Source: an uncultured archaeon (GTDB taxonomy: Archaea; Asgardarchaeota; Lokiarchaeia; Sigyniarchaeales; SOKP01). Taken from it: 64,000 bases of DNA. This document shows positions 9,768 through 19,599 of the stretch, one piece after another (positions within the stretch are counted from its first letter, which is position 1; the number at the start of each line of letters is the position of its first letter). The notes beneath the pieces were generated by a model that saw only the letters and a list, made by a program, of their open reading frames with translations, ran no database searches and had not been told where the DNA came from. The stretch covers positions 96,001-160,000 of the forward strand of contig CAZALK010000004.1 in assembly GCA_964486045.1 (NCBI GenBank), written 5' to 3'. Made by a program: the position numbers and the translations under genes.

Positions 9768-10679
9768 ATGAGTAAAATCAAGTTTGGGGTAACGATAAAT
9801 GCTGCTCCGGATATGCTATACAGATCCGATTACGATTCAATTAGAAAAATAGCTATAGATTGTGAAAGATTGGGTTACGACTCTCTTTGGGCTATGGATC
9901 ACCTAATATGGGGAAATTTTAATGAGGGAAGCGTTTTCGAAGCTTGGACACTTCTTTCCGCCTTAGCAGTGGAAACTAAAAAAATCAAACTCGGACCTTT
10001 AGTAGCCTGCAATTCTTTTAGAAGTCCTTCACTGACCGCTAAAATAGCAGCTACAATAGATGTAATCTCAAAGGGAAGATTGATATTCGGCTATGGAGCC
10101 GGTTGGAAGGAACAAGAATATAGAGCTTATGGTTATCGATTCGAAGATCCAGTTACAAGAGTGAAACAAATGAGGGAAGGAATAACACTAATAAAGAAGC
10201 TCTGGACAGGAGAAACAACAAGCTTTCAAGGAGATTTCTATGAGGTAAATAATGCAATCTGCAAACCAAAACCCTTACAAAAACCTCATCCTCCAATCAT
10301 GATCGGTGGGGGGGGTGAAAAATATACACTAAAAGTCGCAGCTGAAATCGGGGATATCTGGGATCGATGGGGAGCTTCTATAGAAGAATATAAAAGAAAG
10401 GTGAGTATATTACATGAATACTGCGATAATCTCGGGAGAAAAATCGATGATCTAGAACTATCCTGGAGTGGTCCATTTCTAATCGGAAAAGATAAAATAC
10501 AATTAAACAAAAAAATTAGTCAGTATGGGAATGATAATGGCATTTCGTGTACGTATGACAAGTGTATAAAAATATTACAAGAGTTTATTGACCTGGGTTG
10601 TAAACAATTCATATTCGTCATAAGTGGTTTTAATGATGAAAAAGAGACCTTTATGGATGAGATAGGTTCCTCGTTTTAG
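9768..10679 (+). CDS. LLM-class (probably F420-dependent) oxidoreductase
   Basis: GYDSLWAMDH, EAWTLLSALA, GRLIFGYGAGW and PKPLQKPHPPIMIGGGGE motifs. Confidence 0.92.
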   Translation: MSKIKFGVTINAAPDMLYRSDYDSIRKIAIDCERLGYDSLWAMDHLIWGNFNEGSVFEAWTLLSALAVETKKIKLGPLVACNSFRSPSLTAKIAATIDVISKGRLIFGYGAGWKEQEYRAYGYRFEDPVTRVKQMREGITLIKKLWTGETTSFQGDFYEVNNAICKPKPLQKPHPPIMIGGGGEKYTLKVAAEIGDIWDRWGASIEEYKRKVSILHEYCDNLGRKIDDLELSWSGPFLIGKDKIQLNKKISQYGNDNGISCTYDKCIKILQEFIDLGCKQFIFVISGFNDEKETFMDEIGSSF

Positions 10680-10765
10680 AAAAAAACAAAACAGAAGCTA
10701 AAATTTTAGAAAAAAAAAAAAATTTCTCCAATGGTTCTCTCTTTTTCACATATTTTTGCGTAAAA

Positions 10766-11302
10766 CTACACTCTCCAGAGGAGTGTGGAAAAATTATTCT
10801 CGATATTGAGTTGATCCAAAAGTAATGATACTCCCCCTCGATGATGGGTATGATGATTGAACATTAGAAGCAAAGTACGCCACGTGATGTAATTAAACTT
10901 GCCACGTCGTGACTCCATTGTTATTTCTGTAGTATATTGGTCAGGAGAAAGGGCAGTAACCACACGTTCTATTATTTTATCAACCTCTACTCTTACAGTA
11001 TTATATTCAGAAAGTGTTTTCCAGTGAAGTTCTTTTTGGGGTAGTCGATCAATCTGAAAATCCTCTATTAATGGGGGAACAAAATCTAAATCTGAAATGT
11101 TCCCTCCCAGCATTTTAAGCCAACTTATATCCGAAGCCAATAGGTGATCTAGGACTCCTAAAATGGACCCAAAATAAGATCCTAAATCCTCAGTCAACTT
11201 GGAAGATTCAAGACCATCTAAAACCTTCACAACATCTTTATTCGCCATAGTATTATACTTAGCAAGCCTTTCAAATACATCCTTTATATTTTCTGGCATC
11301 AT
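10766..11302 (-). CDS. DinB/YfiT family protein
   Basis: YNxxAN, FGSIxGxLxH and FNHHTHHRG His motif. Confidence 0.88.
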   Translation of the reverse strand: MMPENIKDVFERLAKYNTMANKDVVKVLDGLESSKLTEDLGSYFGSILGVLDHLLASDISWLKMLGGNISDLDFVPPLIEDFQIDRLPQKELHWKTLSEYNTVRVEVDKIIERVVTALSPDQYTTEITMESRRGKFNYITWRTLLLMFNHHTHHRGGVSLLLDQLNIENNFSTLLWRV

Positions 11303-11549
11303 CCATTACCTCTATTTATATTTTTTTTATAGTTTAATTAATCCTTATCCCAGAATCTATTTAACAATTTAGAATTGGGATTTTTTACTAAATTTTATAA
11401 TGATTCACTCAAAACTATCTACTTTTAAGATTACAATAAGTTATTTTTAAAAAAGATCCTAAGATTATAATCATAATATAGAAAAAATGTAAAAAATCCT
11501 AAATATTTTTAGCTAAAAATTCTAAAATCTTATAATTTAAGGTGATAAT

Positions 11550-12116
11550 TTGGTTAATCTTAACAAGCTTACTGTAAATTACCTTGAAAAATTAGGTAAG
11601 GAATTAAAAATTACTTTTAAAAGCTCTAGCAAAAAGTCTGATAAAATAAGAGCAATAAACAATGCAGGTATCCCCGATAATAAGCTAGAAGAATTATTTA
11701 ACAAATACTTTGCTCAATATCAAGCTTCAAAAGGAAAACCTACTATATTTAAGAAAAAACGAGTCAAACAATCGACTGTGTTAGAAACACGTATCAAATT
11801 ACTTGAGAAACAAGTTAAGTTTCTAATGTCTAAAATCGATAATATTGAAATCAATATAGCAAAAGAGCGAACTTCCAAAACATTAGGTGGGGGTTACAAC
11901 ATAAAGGAAGTTCAAAATATAATAAAGTCGAAAGTTTCACCCGGAGAATCGATAACTATAGATGAAGTTTTGAATCTAAGGAAACTTAAGAAATTTCCGA
12001 GAGATATAATAAAAAAAGGTATTATAGATTTAATAGATGATGAAATTTTCGATGTTTCAGAAGGACGATCGATTCAAAAAATACAAGGAAACATAGCACG
12101 ATTAATACGCAGGTAA
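11550..12116 (+). CDS. Hypothetical DNA-binding protein: HeH/Rho-N-like N-terminus, coiled coil, C-terminal wHTH-like domain
   Basis: LNKLTVNYLEKLGKELKI..S.KKSDKIRAI pattern; LETRIKLLEKQVKFL heptads; GGTGA SD before TTG start. Confidence 0.7.
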   Translation: MVNLNKLTVNYLEKLGKELKITFKSSSKKSDKIRAINNAGIPDNKLEELFNKYFAQYQASKGKPTIFKKKRVKQSTVLETRIKLLEKQVKFLMSKIDNIEINIAKERTSKTLGGGYNIKEVQNIIKSKVSPGESITIDEVLNLRKLKKFPRDIIKKGIIDLIDDEIFDVSEGRSIQKIQGNIARLIRR

Positions 12117-12143
12117 GAGAAAATTCTAAAAGGAGGCAACAAT

Positions 12144-14588
12144 TTGGTATATCAAAGAAGACTAACCTGGGTTTCAACAAGCGATTACGAAAGGTTATCC
12201 TCTATAATATTTGAGACGAAAATTAATCCATTTGGTATAGCAGCTTATAATCCTAATGAACCTGTAACAGATTTTGTAGGGAGAAGGGAGGAACTTTTAC
12301 AATTTAAAGAACAAATACAAATTGTAATTAATAATAAAATCAGTAGATCTGTGAAATTAAATGGACCTGCAGGTGTAGGAAAATCCACATTATTTAATTT
12401 TCTTAAGGAATCGATAGAAAAAGAGAGAATATCTATTAGATCAGATTCTGAGTATATTTTAAAAGATTGTGATGTGCTTTCTACGTTCTTTCAAATCCCT
12501 GATAAGATCTCTGATTTTTTAGACATTTGGAAACCATTACTAGAGGGTTTAAGGCCAGGATTTGAAAAAGAAATAGGTTATGATATAAGTTTACCAGAAT
12601 ACATCACTTTTCAAATTATCTATCGAATGTTTCTAAAAGATAGAGAAAAATTAGCTGAAATTATATGGAAAGATACAGAGCGCCCTCAGAGATTATACCA
12701 GGTAGAACTTAAAGATATTATAGATCCCTTGTTTTCTCAAGGAACTCCAGCAGTTCTAGCACTTCAAGAACATTATTCCTTGAAAAAAAGAGAGCTCCGA
12801 GATGTTTTTAAAGTAAGAATAAAAGGCAGGATTTACGAAATCAAACGAAGTGATAATAAAAATATTCTTAATCTTTTCAGAGTTATTGATGAAGATGACC
12901 CTGATGATTATTTGGAATTATTACTAGATGCTAATTCAGATTTATTTAAGACCAATGATGATCTGATTAATTATTTTAATGATTTAATGCGTTATTATGC
13001 CTGTAGCACAAAAAAACAACCAATTTTATTGATTGGAATTGATGAAGCTGTAAAGGCAGATCCACAAATTTTCAATCAATATTATCAAAATTTAGGAAAT
13101 TTGTTTGTTAAATTAAGAAATACATTAAATGATATTCTATTTGTTTTCATATCTACTACGGAGGATTGGGCAGAATTTGATAATATAATAAAGAAAAATA
13201 CTGATCTTCAGAGCCAATTAGGAGAATTTATGCATGAAATGCCCCTAACTCAATTGAGTGTAGATGAATTGGCTCAAGTTTTCAAAAACCGTATGAATAG
13301 GTTTTGGGAAAATTATCCTTCCCAACGTCCTCTTGAAGCGCCTTATTATCCTTTCTCTGAGAATTTATTTGAATATGTATATCGTTATAGATTGAGAGAT
13401 TTACGCGCTACGATACACTTTCTTAAAGATATGTGGATTAAGTTTAAATATTTAAGAAAAATTCCAAAATTTGAGACAATTTTCGAATCGTTGAGAGAAG
13501 TTCGGAAATTTGATGCAAGGGGGTTCAATCCTAATACGTTTAAAAGATTTGAGTGGAATATTATAAAAAATTCATTCAATGATCCTACAAGATTTAGAAG
13601 TAATTCTGCAAGATCTTCAGAAGTTGAAAAAGGGCTGGAATATGCTTGGAAGTGTCTCTTATATGAAAATCCACCAACAGTTACGAGAGTTGATAATAAT
13701 TGCACTATTATAACATCAAGTGGTAGTCGTAGACCTGATATTTATTTAGAAATTCTGGGTAATTTAGGGGCTGAATTTCGACGTAATATTGAATTTCAAG
13801 TAAAAGCTTACAATCAAGGAGGGACTGTTGCCTTGCACCATATTAAGTCTTCTCTCGAATTATTTACGGAACAATTTACAGATTTTATTTATTTTATAAT
13901 CACAGGGAAGGGATTAAAACCAGATGCAGAAGCAGCAATTAAAGGCTTAGAAATAACTTATACTAATCGAATACGACGTCCGATTTTAACTGAAGACCAA
14001 CGAAATCGTCTGTATTTATTAGCATTATATAAAGAAATTACAGGTAAAAATTTAGATGGAACCCTCCCAAAGGACTTTCAAATTGCTAAGGATCTTCTTT
14101 CATTTATTATTGGACAACCTATTGAAGATTTTTTGTCTGGGGTTAAAAGATTAGCTTATAGACAAACAATAACCGAAGTTGAGATTATATCCCCTCCGGT
14201 TGTTAAACCTTCCGAACCATCTCAAACTGAATTGCCATCTTTTGACGATGATTCAGAAATAATAGTACTCCCTGGAGAGCAATTCGGTACTCAAGTAAAA
14301 TGGTTAGACGATCATCCCAGTTTAAAACCTTATCGATTTGAAGCATCGGCACTTTGTGGTTACTTAAAAACTAGGGAAGAGGGTAGATACAAATTCAAAT
14401 TTACCATCCCTACAGTGGAAAAAAATGTTATTATGCCTAATGCCTCTCTAGGTAAACAGTTATTTAGAACACTAGTTAAAGTTTTGAAAGAAAAAGGATA
14501 TATTGTTCCAGAAAAATCATCATTTAAACTTACTCAGTTAGGAGAGCAACTTTATCAAACAATAAAAGCAGATAATTATTCTTGTTAA
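12144..14588 (+). CDS. AAA+/STAND-like P-loop ATPase fused to an Mrr-like PD-(D/E/Q)XK nuclease and a C-terminal wHTH
   Basis: NPF..FVGRxEEL, Walker A GPAGVGKS, Walker B ILLIGIDE and YYPF; RPDI...EFQVKAY..V...I...D...IITG.G...DA; C-terminal LKEKGYI...FKLTQLG; AGGAGG SD before TTG. Confidence 0.75.
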   Translation: MVYQRRLTWVSTSDYERLSSIIFETKINPFGIAAYNPNEPVTDFVGRREELLQFKEQIQIVINNKISRSVKLNGPAGVGKSTLFNFLKESIEKERISIRSDSEYILKDCDVLSTFFQIPDKISDFLDIWKPLLEGLRPGFEKEIGYDISLPEYITFQIIYRMFLKDREKLAEIIWKDTERPQRLYQVELKDIIDPLFSQGTPAVLALQEHYSLKKRELRDVFKVRIKGRIYEIKRSDNKNILNLFRVIDEDDPDDYLELLLDANSDLFKTNDDLINYFNDLMRYYACSTKKQPILLIGIDEAVKADPQIFNQYYQNLGNLFVKLRNTLNDILFVFISTTEDWAEFDNIIKKNTDLQSQLGEFMHEMPLTQLSVDELAQVFKNRMNRFWENYPSQRPLEAPYYPFSENLFEYVYRYRLRDLRATIHFLKDMWIKFKYLRKIPKFETIFESLREVRKFDARGFNPNTFKRFEWNIIKNSFNDPTRFRSNSARSSEVEKGLEYAWKCLLYENPPTVTRVDNNCTIITSSGSRRPDIYLEILGNLGAEFRRNIEFQVKAYNQGGTVALHHIKSSLELFTEQFTDFIYFIITGKGLKPDAEAAIKGLEITYTNRIRRPILTEDQRNRLYLLALYKEITGKNLDGTLPKDFQIAKDLLSFIIGQPIEDFLSGVKRLAYRQTITEVEIISPPVVKPSEPSQTELPSFDDDSEIIVLPGEQFGTQVKWLDDHPSLKPYRFEASALCGYLKTREEGRYKFKFTIPTVEKNVIMPNASLGKQLFRTLVKVLKEKGYIVPEKSSFKLTQLGEQLYQTIKADNYSC

Positions 14589-14612
14589 AGATTATGGCTT
14601 GCGTAAAATATT

Positions 14613-14756
14613 TTACTTTTTTCTTGATTTTCCTTGAGATTTAGGATTATTTTGGTTCATTTGATTTGATCTATTATCATTTGCTGCTTTAGAAGCCGGA
14701 TTATTTGGATTTTTTGAATTTGATCTATTATCGTTTGAACTTTTATTTTTACCCAT
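14613..14756 (-). CDS. Unannotated 47-aa Asn-rich microprotein with two NDNRSNxxNxNNP repeats
   Basis: Hand translation MGKNKSSNDNRSNSKNPNNPASKAANDNRSNQMNQNNPKSQGKSRKK*; GGTGA SD upstream of ATG. Confidence 0.75.
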   Translation of the reverse strand: MGKNKSSNDNRSNSKNPNNPASKAANDNRSNQMNQNNPKSQGKSRKK

Positions 14757-14887
14757 CAACTTCACCTTTATGTTTATTTAAAAATATGATTTGTGGTAAA
14801 TTAAAATTTACATTTCTGCTCAAATTTTATAAAGCAAATAAAGGAATATATATCTATAAAACCAAATCTAAACTTTTACTTATAGTC

Positions 14888-16660
14888 ATGGCAAATTTCC
14901 TAAGTACACCCCCTTTATCAGCTACTGACGGAGAACGAGCGTTTTATAATCGAATTAAGTATCTTTATCTTGGCGAAGATCACTTAATAGGATATTTTGA
15001 GCCGGATATTGGAGGGATTCATCCTGATTTTTTACTTCTTTCTCCCATTATCGGAATAATAATAGTAGAGATAAAGGATTATTCAGAGAAATATTTGAAA
15101 ACGATGGCTAAATCGGGAAAATGGGAGAGATTAAAAGATGATAATCTTATCTTTCTTGATAATCCATTTGATCAGATATATCAATACTGGCGAGTGATAA
15201 AAGACAGGATTGATTATTGTCATTTTCCAAAAAACATAGAAATCCCAATAATTCGATTAGTAGTTTTTAGCAAAATTCCTCATGATGGTCATATTGCTGA
15301 AGAAATTAGGAAAATTGTCCCTGCGAAAATCCATCTGTGTTTTAAGAACATGTTGAATAGAAATGAGAAATTTAAAGAATATTTTAATGATATTTTACCC
15401 TCAAATTTAGAGCTCCTTGCTGAATATTTTAATCTGCTTCGAGCAAATATTATCCCAACATGTAGATTACCCACACAAAAACAAACAGATCTGCTTGAAT
15501 ACTTTACACATGAGGAGAAGGTTAAATTACTCGATCAAGACCAAGAAAAATTTGCACGAGAATTAGGAGAGGGTCATCGACTAATCTTTGGCGTTGCCGG
15601 TAGTGGAAAAACAATCTTGTTACTTGCCAGAGCTAGAATCCTTGCTAAACGTCATCCAGATTGGAAGATTTTAATTCTATGTTACAACAAACTACTTAAA
15701 AAGCTACTTTTCAACTTATTAAATCCTCAAGATTATGAGGCGGATATCACAATTAGCACTTTTCATGGATGGGCCCGGAATTACATTTTAAACATTGAAA
15801 ACGAATTCTCTATGATATACAAAAAAGCTGAAGAAAAAGCAAAGAAAGAAGAAAAAATGTATGAATTTTTCCAAGATTTTGTACCAAATTTATTATCAAA
15901 GACGATTGAAGTATTAGGAGATACTAAGATTGAATATAACGCAATTTTAATAGACGAAGCTCAAGATTTTGATGAATCTTGGTTTTTACCTCTAATGCAA
16001 ACATTAAATCTTGAGACTAACTCATTATTAATTACATGTGATGGACTTCAGGGAATATATGCCAGAAAAAGGTTTTATTGGTCTGATGTAGGGATACAAG
16101 CAAGGGGAAGAGTTAAAAAATTTAGAAATTCATATCGAACACCACTTGAAATTGGATATTTGGCCCAAGAAACTTTACCTGAAAATCTTAAAGAATTAAT
16201 AGACAAATTTGATGAATTTCTTTCAACTGACAAGTTTCTGGGTGCCCATGGGACTGTGGAAATTGCCGTATCGGAAAATAGAGATGATGAATACAAGAAT
16301 ATTGTAAGTAAAATAGGTAGACTTCTTAAAAATCCTCAAGAAATATTAGTACTTTTTAAGTACAATATGGCGAAAATTGACTATGATCATTTATTTTGTA
16401 GATACCTCGAGGATTCTAAGATTGTGTGGAAAGACCTGCAAGACCATAATTATAATTCTCCCGGATTATTAATAGGGACTCTCCACGGAACTAAAGGTTT
16501 AGAATCTGATACCATTATAATTCCTGAAATTGACACATACAGATCTGATAAGGATCGTCAATTACTTTATGTAGGTATAACTCGTTCTCGGAAAAAAATA
16601 ATCTTAACTGCTAGCAAATCTACAGAATTGATAAAGTCTTTAGAACAATATCAAACCTAA
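14888..16660 (+). CDS. NERD nuclease domain + UvrD/Rep-like SF1 helicase
   Basis: PDFLLL..GIIIVEIKD (NERD); GVAGSGKT, ILIDEAQD, NSYRT, TLHGTKGLE and LLYVGITRS helicase motifs; real start probably ATG 14888. Confidence 0.88.
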   Translation: MANFLSTPPLSATDGERAFYNRIKYLYLGEDHLIGYFEPDIGGIHPDFLLLSPIIGIIIVEIKDYSEKYLKTMAKSGKWERLKDDNLIFLDNPFDQIYQYWRVIKDRIDYCHFPKNIEIPIIRLVVFSKIPHDGHIAEEIRKIVPAKIHLCFKNMLNRNEKFKEYFNDILPSNLELLAEYFNLLRANIIPTCRLPTQKQTDLLEYFTHEEKVKLLDQDQEKFARELGEGHRLIFGVAGSGKTILLLARARILAKRHPDWKILILCYNKLLKKLLFNLLNPQDYEADITISTFHGWARNYILNIENEFSMIYKKAEEKAKKEEKMYEFFQDFVPNLLSKTIEVLGDTKIEYNAILIDEAQDFDESWFLPLMQTLNLETNSLLITCDGLQGIYARKRFYWSDVGIQARGRVKKFRNSYRTPLEIGYLAQETLPENLKELIDKFDEFLSTDKFLGAHGTVEIAVSENRDDEYKNIVSKIGRLLKNPQEILVLFKYNMAKIDYDHLFCRYLEDSKIVWKDLQDHNYNSPGLLIGTLHGTKGLESDTIIIPEIDTYRSDKDRQLLYVGITRSRKKIILTASKSTELIKSLEQYQT

Positions 16661-16947
16661 GAACAGATTTGACATATAGGGCAAAGATGGGTTCCAACAA
16701 TGATGAATCGATCAGTTGGGATAAAGAGGTTTGACCCTAATAATCTTTTAACTAAACCTTTATTTTCAGAATAATCCTTCAAAATGAATTCATTTGGAGC
16801 AAGTTCTACGGAATCATGCTTAATAGAAAGTTCGGCTATCGGTTCACCATTAATATCAAGAACATATACTGCAAGTTGACCGTTTAAATATTGTTTTAAA
16901 TGCAGTTTTCTATCAATACTTATTTGAGTAGTTATCATTTCTTTCAT
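16657..16947 (-). CDS. Small hypothetical protein, DUF4313-like
   Basis: YxNGxLAV..D..GEP.A.LS....L..NEF..KDYSEN.G pattern, recalled for DUF4313. Confidence 0.55.
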   Translation of the reverse strand: MKEMITTQISIDRKLHLKQYLNGQLAVYVLDINGEPIAELSIKHDSVELAPNEFILKDYSENKGLVKRLLGSNLFIPTDRFIIVGTHLCPICQICS

Positions 16948-17124
16948 GTTTTATGACATTGTCATTATTTATAAAGAAAAAAAGGGTATTCAAATAATGA
17001 TTTTTAAACTCTCTAAATATTAGACGTTTTAACTAAATTGATTCTAATCTCTGAATAGAAGATATATATAGTTAAACCATCAGTATTTACATTAGATATA
17101 AATATATAATATAGATTGATAACT

Positions 17125-17571
17125 ATGAGCAAAAACCAAATCAAAAGAAACAAAACTCTTAAGATCTATACTGATGGAGCAGCACGAGGAAATCCCGGAC
17201 CGGCAGCTTACTCATTTATATTCGTTTGTAATGGGGAAATAATACAAAAAGGATTTGGATTCATCGGAACAGCCACAAACAACACAGCAGAATACCAAGC
17301 AATTATAAAAGCGTTAAAAGCAGCTGAAAAGTTTCATGGCAGCAATCTCCAAGTTTATTCTGACAGCAAACTAGCTGTTCAACAGATTAATAAAAAGTGG
17401 AAAATCAATTATCCACATCTGGTGAAAATGTGTAGTGAAGTTCATAAATTAAGTGAGAGATATAAAAAAGTTGAGTTCTTTCATGTAAGTCGTAATAATC
17501 CCTTTATTAAAAAATGCGATGAACTATGTAATTCTCAATTGGATAAGCAGAGGTTTTCAAATCAACAATAA
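17125..17571 (+). CDS. rnhA: Ribonuclease HI (archaeal/Gram-positive type)
   Basis: IYTDGAARGNPGPA, TNNTAEY, VYSDSKL and HVSRxxxxIxxCDEL motifs. Confidence 0.92.
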   Translation: MSKNQIKRNKTLKIYTDGAARGNPGPAAYSFIFVCNGEIIQKGFGFIGTATNNTAEYQAIIKALKAAEKFHGSNLQVYSDSKLAVQQINKKWKINYPHLVKMCSEVHKLSERYKKVEFFHVSRNNPFIKKCDELCNSQLDKQRFSNQQ

Positions 17572-17697
17572 ATTTTTGACTATCTTTCTTTTATTTATAG
17601 AATAAGATGAATTTAGCTTTGAGTGTGAAAATTTTTATACTTACTAGTTAATTATTAAATATTAAAGGAAAGGATATTTCCAAGGTTGATAATCGAC

Positions 17698-18246
17698 ATG
17701 AAAGACAATGAAGATAAAGAGATAGCACAAGATGATATTATTTTGGTACAGGAAGAGAAGAAAGATCCTATTAGCCAATTTTTCACTGATATTTTCACAG
17801 AAATGAAGAATGGCATTGATAGTTTATCTGAAGAATCGGGGGAATACTTCCTAAATGTAAAGAAAGATGTTTCTAGCGATTGGCAAAAGTTTAAGTTGTC
17901 CTGGAAAAATATGATTGAAAAAGTCAAGAATTTGGATCCTAAGCATAAAAGATTTAAGAAGTTGTATGACAAAATAAAAACTGTGGAATTAAAGGTCTCC
18001 GAAATTAAGGATGATACAACACAAATTAAATTGGAGATTTCTGAAGTTGCAACAATGATTGAGCATCTTATGGAGGGACACGAGGATCTTGAGACTTATA
18101 TGAAAGAAAATTTAGGATCCGATTGGAAGGTTTTGAAGAACTCATGGAAAAGATGTAAAAAAGGAGATATTACAAAGTGGGAATTCGCGAAGATAGGATT
18201 ATCAAGGGTAGGGAAGAAATTCGCTGGAATATTTATTAAAGTATAA
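17698..18246 (+). CDS. Hypothetical coiled-coil protein
   Basis: Helical, charged ORF with heptad pattern; no family recognised. Confidence 0.7.
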   Translation: MKDNEDKEIAQDDIILVQEEKKDPISQFFTDIFTEMKNGIDSLSEESGEYFLNVKKDVSSDWQKFKLSWKNMIEKVKNLDPKHKRFKKLYDKIKTVELKVSEIKDDTTQIKLEISEVATMIEHLMEGHEDLETYMKENLGSDWKVLKNSWKRCKKGDITKWEFAKIGLSRVGKKFAGIFIKV

Positions 18247-18284
18247 TACAAAAACACCCCCCAATTTATTTGGATTTTATTAAC

Positions 18285-18686
18285 TTAATCGATTTTCCTA
18301 ATACTAATTAAAAATTCGACGAATAAACATCCGAAAACGAGGTCAACAATAACGGTTGCTACCGGAAGAAAGTTGGAGGCACCTATTATAAAATAGATTA
18401 GAAACAGTATAAAAAGATAGAATTTTCCTATTACACCTAACAATATAATACCGTGATTCTTTTCAATATTCCTCGATACTAGATAATAACCTATTCCGAA
18501 TAAAGAAGTTAAACCAAAAAAACCTTGAAAAAAAACCAGACTAGTTGGTGATTCCATACCAAACAAGGGAAATACTGAATCCGCGAGAGGAGATAAAGCT
18601 ATGAATAAAAATCCAACGACAAGGTTCCATATTGCCCCAATTAAGAATAAATATTTGTAATAATTTTTCCTTTCCAAACTATTCAT
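18285..18686 (-). CDS. Small 4-TM membrane protein
   Basis: Four hydrophobic segments; 37 nt downstream of the MoxR operon's last gene. Confidence 0.75.
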   Translation of the reverse strand: MNSLERKNYYKYLFLIGAIWNLVVGFLFIALSPLADSVFPLFGMESPTSLVFFQGFFGLTSLFGIGYYLVSRNIEKNHGIILLGVIGKFYLFILFLIYFIIGASNFLPVATVIVDLVFGCLFVEFLISIRKID

Positions 18687-18723
18687 AATGAATGACCTTT
18701 TGCTTTTTTAATTAATGTTTTTA

Positions 18724-19548
18724 TCATGCTGCAAAAAAGTCTTCTGGAAATAATGTCACAGGTCTCCATTCCAAAATATCTAACATTAGACTAGGTTTGA
18801 TGCTGTTTATCTTAAGAGGACGACCATTCTGAGTTGATATCACGAAAGGCCCAATAGCATTATTTTCAAAGTTGCTTTGGTAATTTTGCAAGTAGTGAAA
18901 GATTCCTTGAGCATTTATTGTTGATTTTATTGATTGATTATGATACAAAACACCAATTTGGGCTCTCGTTTCTCCAACACTGCAATTTTTCTCTTTAAAA
19001 TCAAGATTAACTTTAATTAATTTTCGTAATCTGCTTTCCTTGATAAGTAGTTTAGCACAGTATGGACAATTATTTTCTTTTAAATCATCTTTTTGAATTT
19101 TCCAACGGAAACCATAGCGTAATAACATAATATCGCATTCCTTACAAGCGAATATCTTCTTTCTAGTTCGGGAAATAGTGGGTTTTGCTCCTGGTCTATC
19201 AAGAATAACTTTTAAATAGTAGTGAATATCCGTCCCTTTTTTGTACTTGGCAATCTCTTCTAGCATTAGTATCCCAACCTCAGAGAACCTTTTTAATTTA
19301 TTGGTTTGTATTATATTCATTAAATCAATTAACCCAATCTCATTTAGTTTAAATTCTCTTCCTAACTTCTTTCCCTCCGAATCATTTACAGATACATAAT
19401 AATCTGCTGAATAATCACCATCATAATATTTGGTCTTGTAATCATTTATTGTTAAATAACAATTTGAAATTTGATCACCAACCTTTACCTTTAAACTATT
19501 TTTCAAATAGCTCTCTATTGGTGTAGCATCATCATTTTTAATTACCAT
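18724..19548 (-). CDS. Hypothetical Zn-ribbon protein ending in EWRPVTLFPEDFFAA
   Basis: CKEC...CPYC ribbon; C-terminal motif shared with the 26325-26816 product. Confidence 0.75.
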   Translation of the reverse strand: MVIKNDDATPIESYLKNSLKVKVGDQISNCYLTINDYKTKYYDGDYSADYYVSVNDSEGKKLGREFKLNEIGLIDLMNIIQTNKLKRFSEVGILMLEEIAKYKKGTDIHYYLKVILDRPGAKPTISRTRKKIFACKECDIMLLRYGFRWKIQKDDLKENNCPYCAKLLIKESRLRKLIKVNLDFKEKNCSVGETRAQIGVLYHNQSIKSTINAQGIFHYLQNYQSNFENNAIGPFVISTQNGRPLKINSIKPSLMLDILEWRPVTLFPEDFFAA

Positions 19549-19599
19549 TATATTTCATTTTTTCAATTTTTTATTTTTTAACAAAAAATCACTGAAAAT

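Noticed and set aside
12144-14588. Orc1/Cdc6 replication initiator
   Set aside because: Twice the expected length, with a large insert between the Walker motifs and an internal nuclease-like domain; no ORB-like repeats seen nearby
14705-14887. N-terminal extension of the NERD-helicase given in the ORF track
   Set aside because: Not domain-like, and it overlaps the antisense microprotein and its upstream region; ATG 14888 fits better
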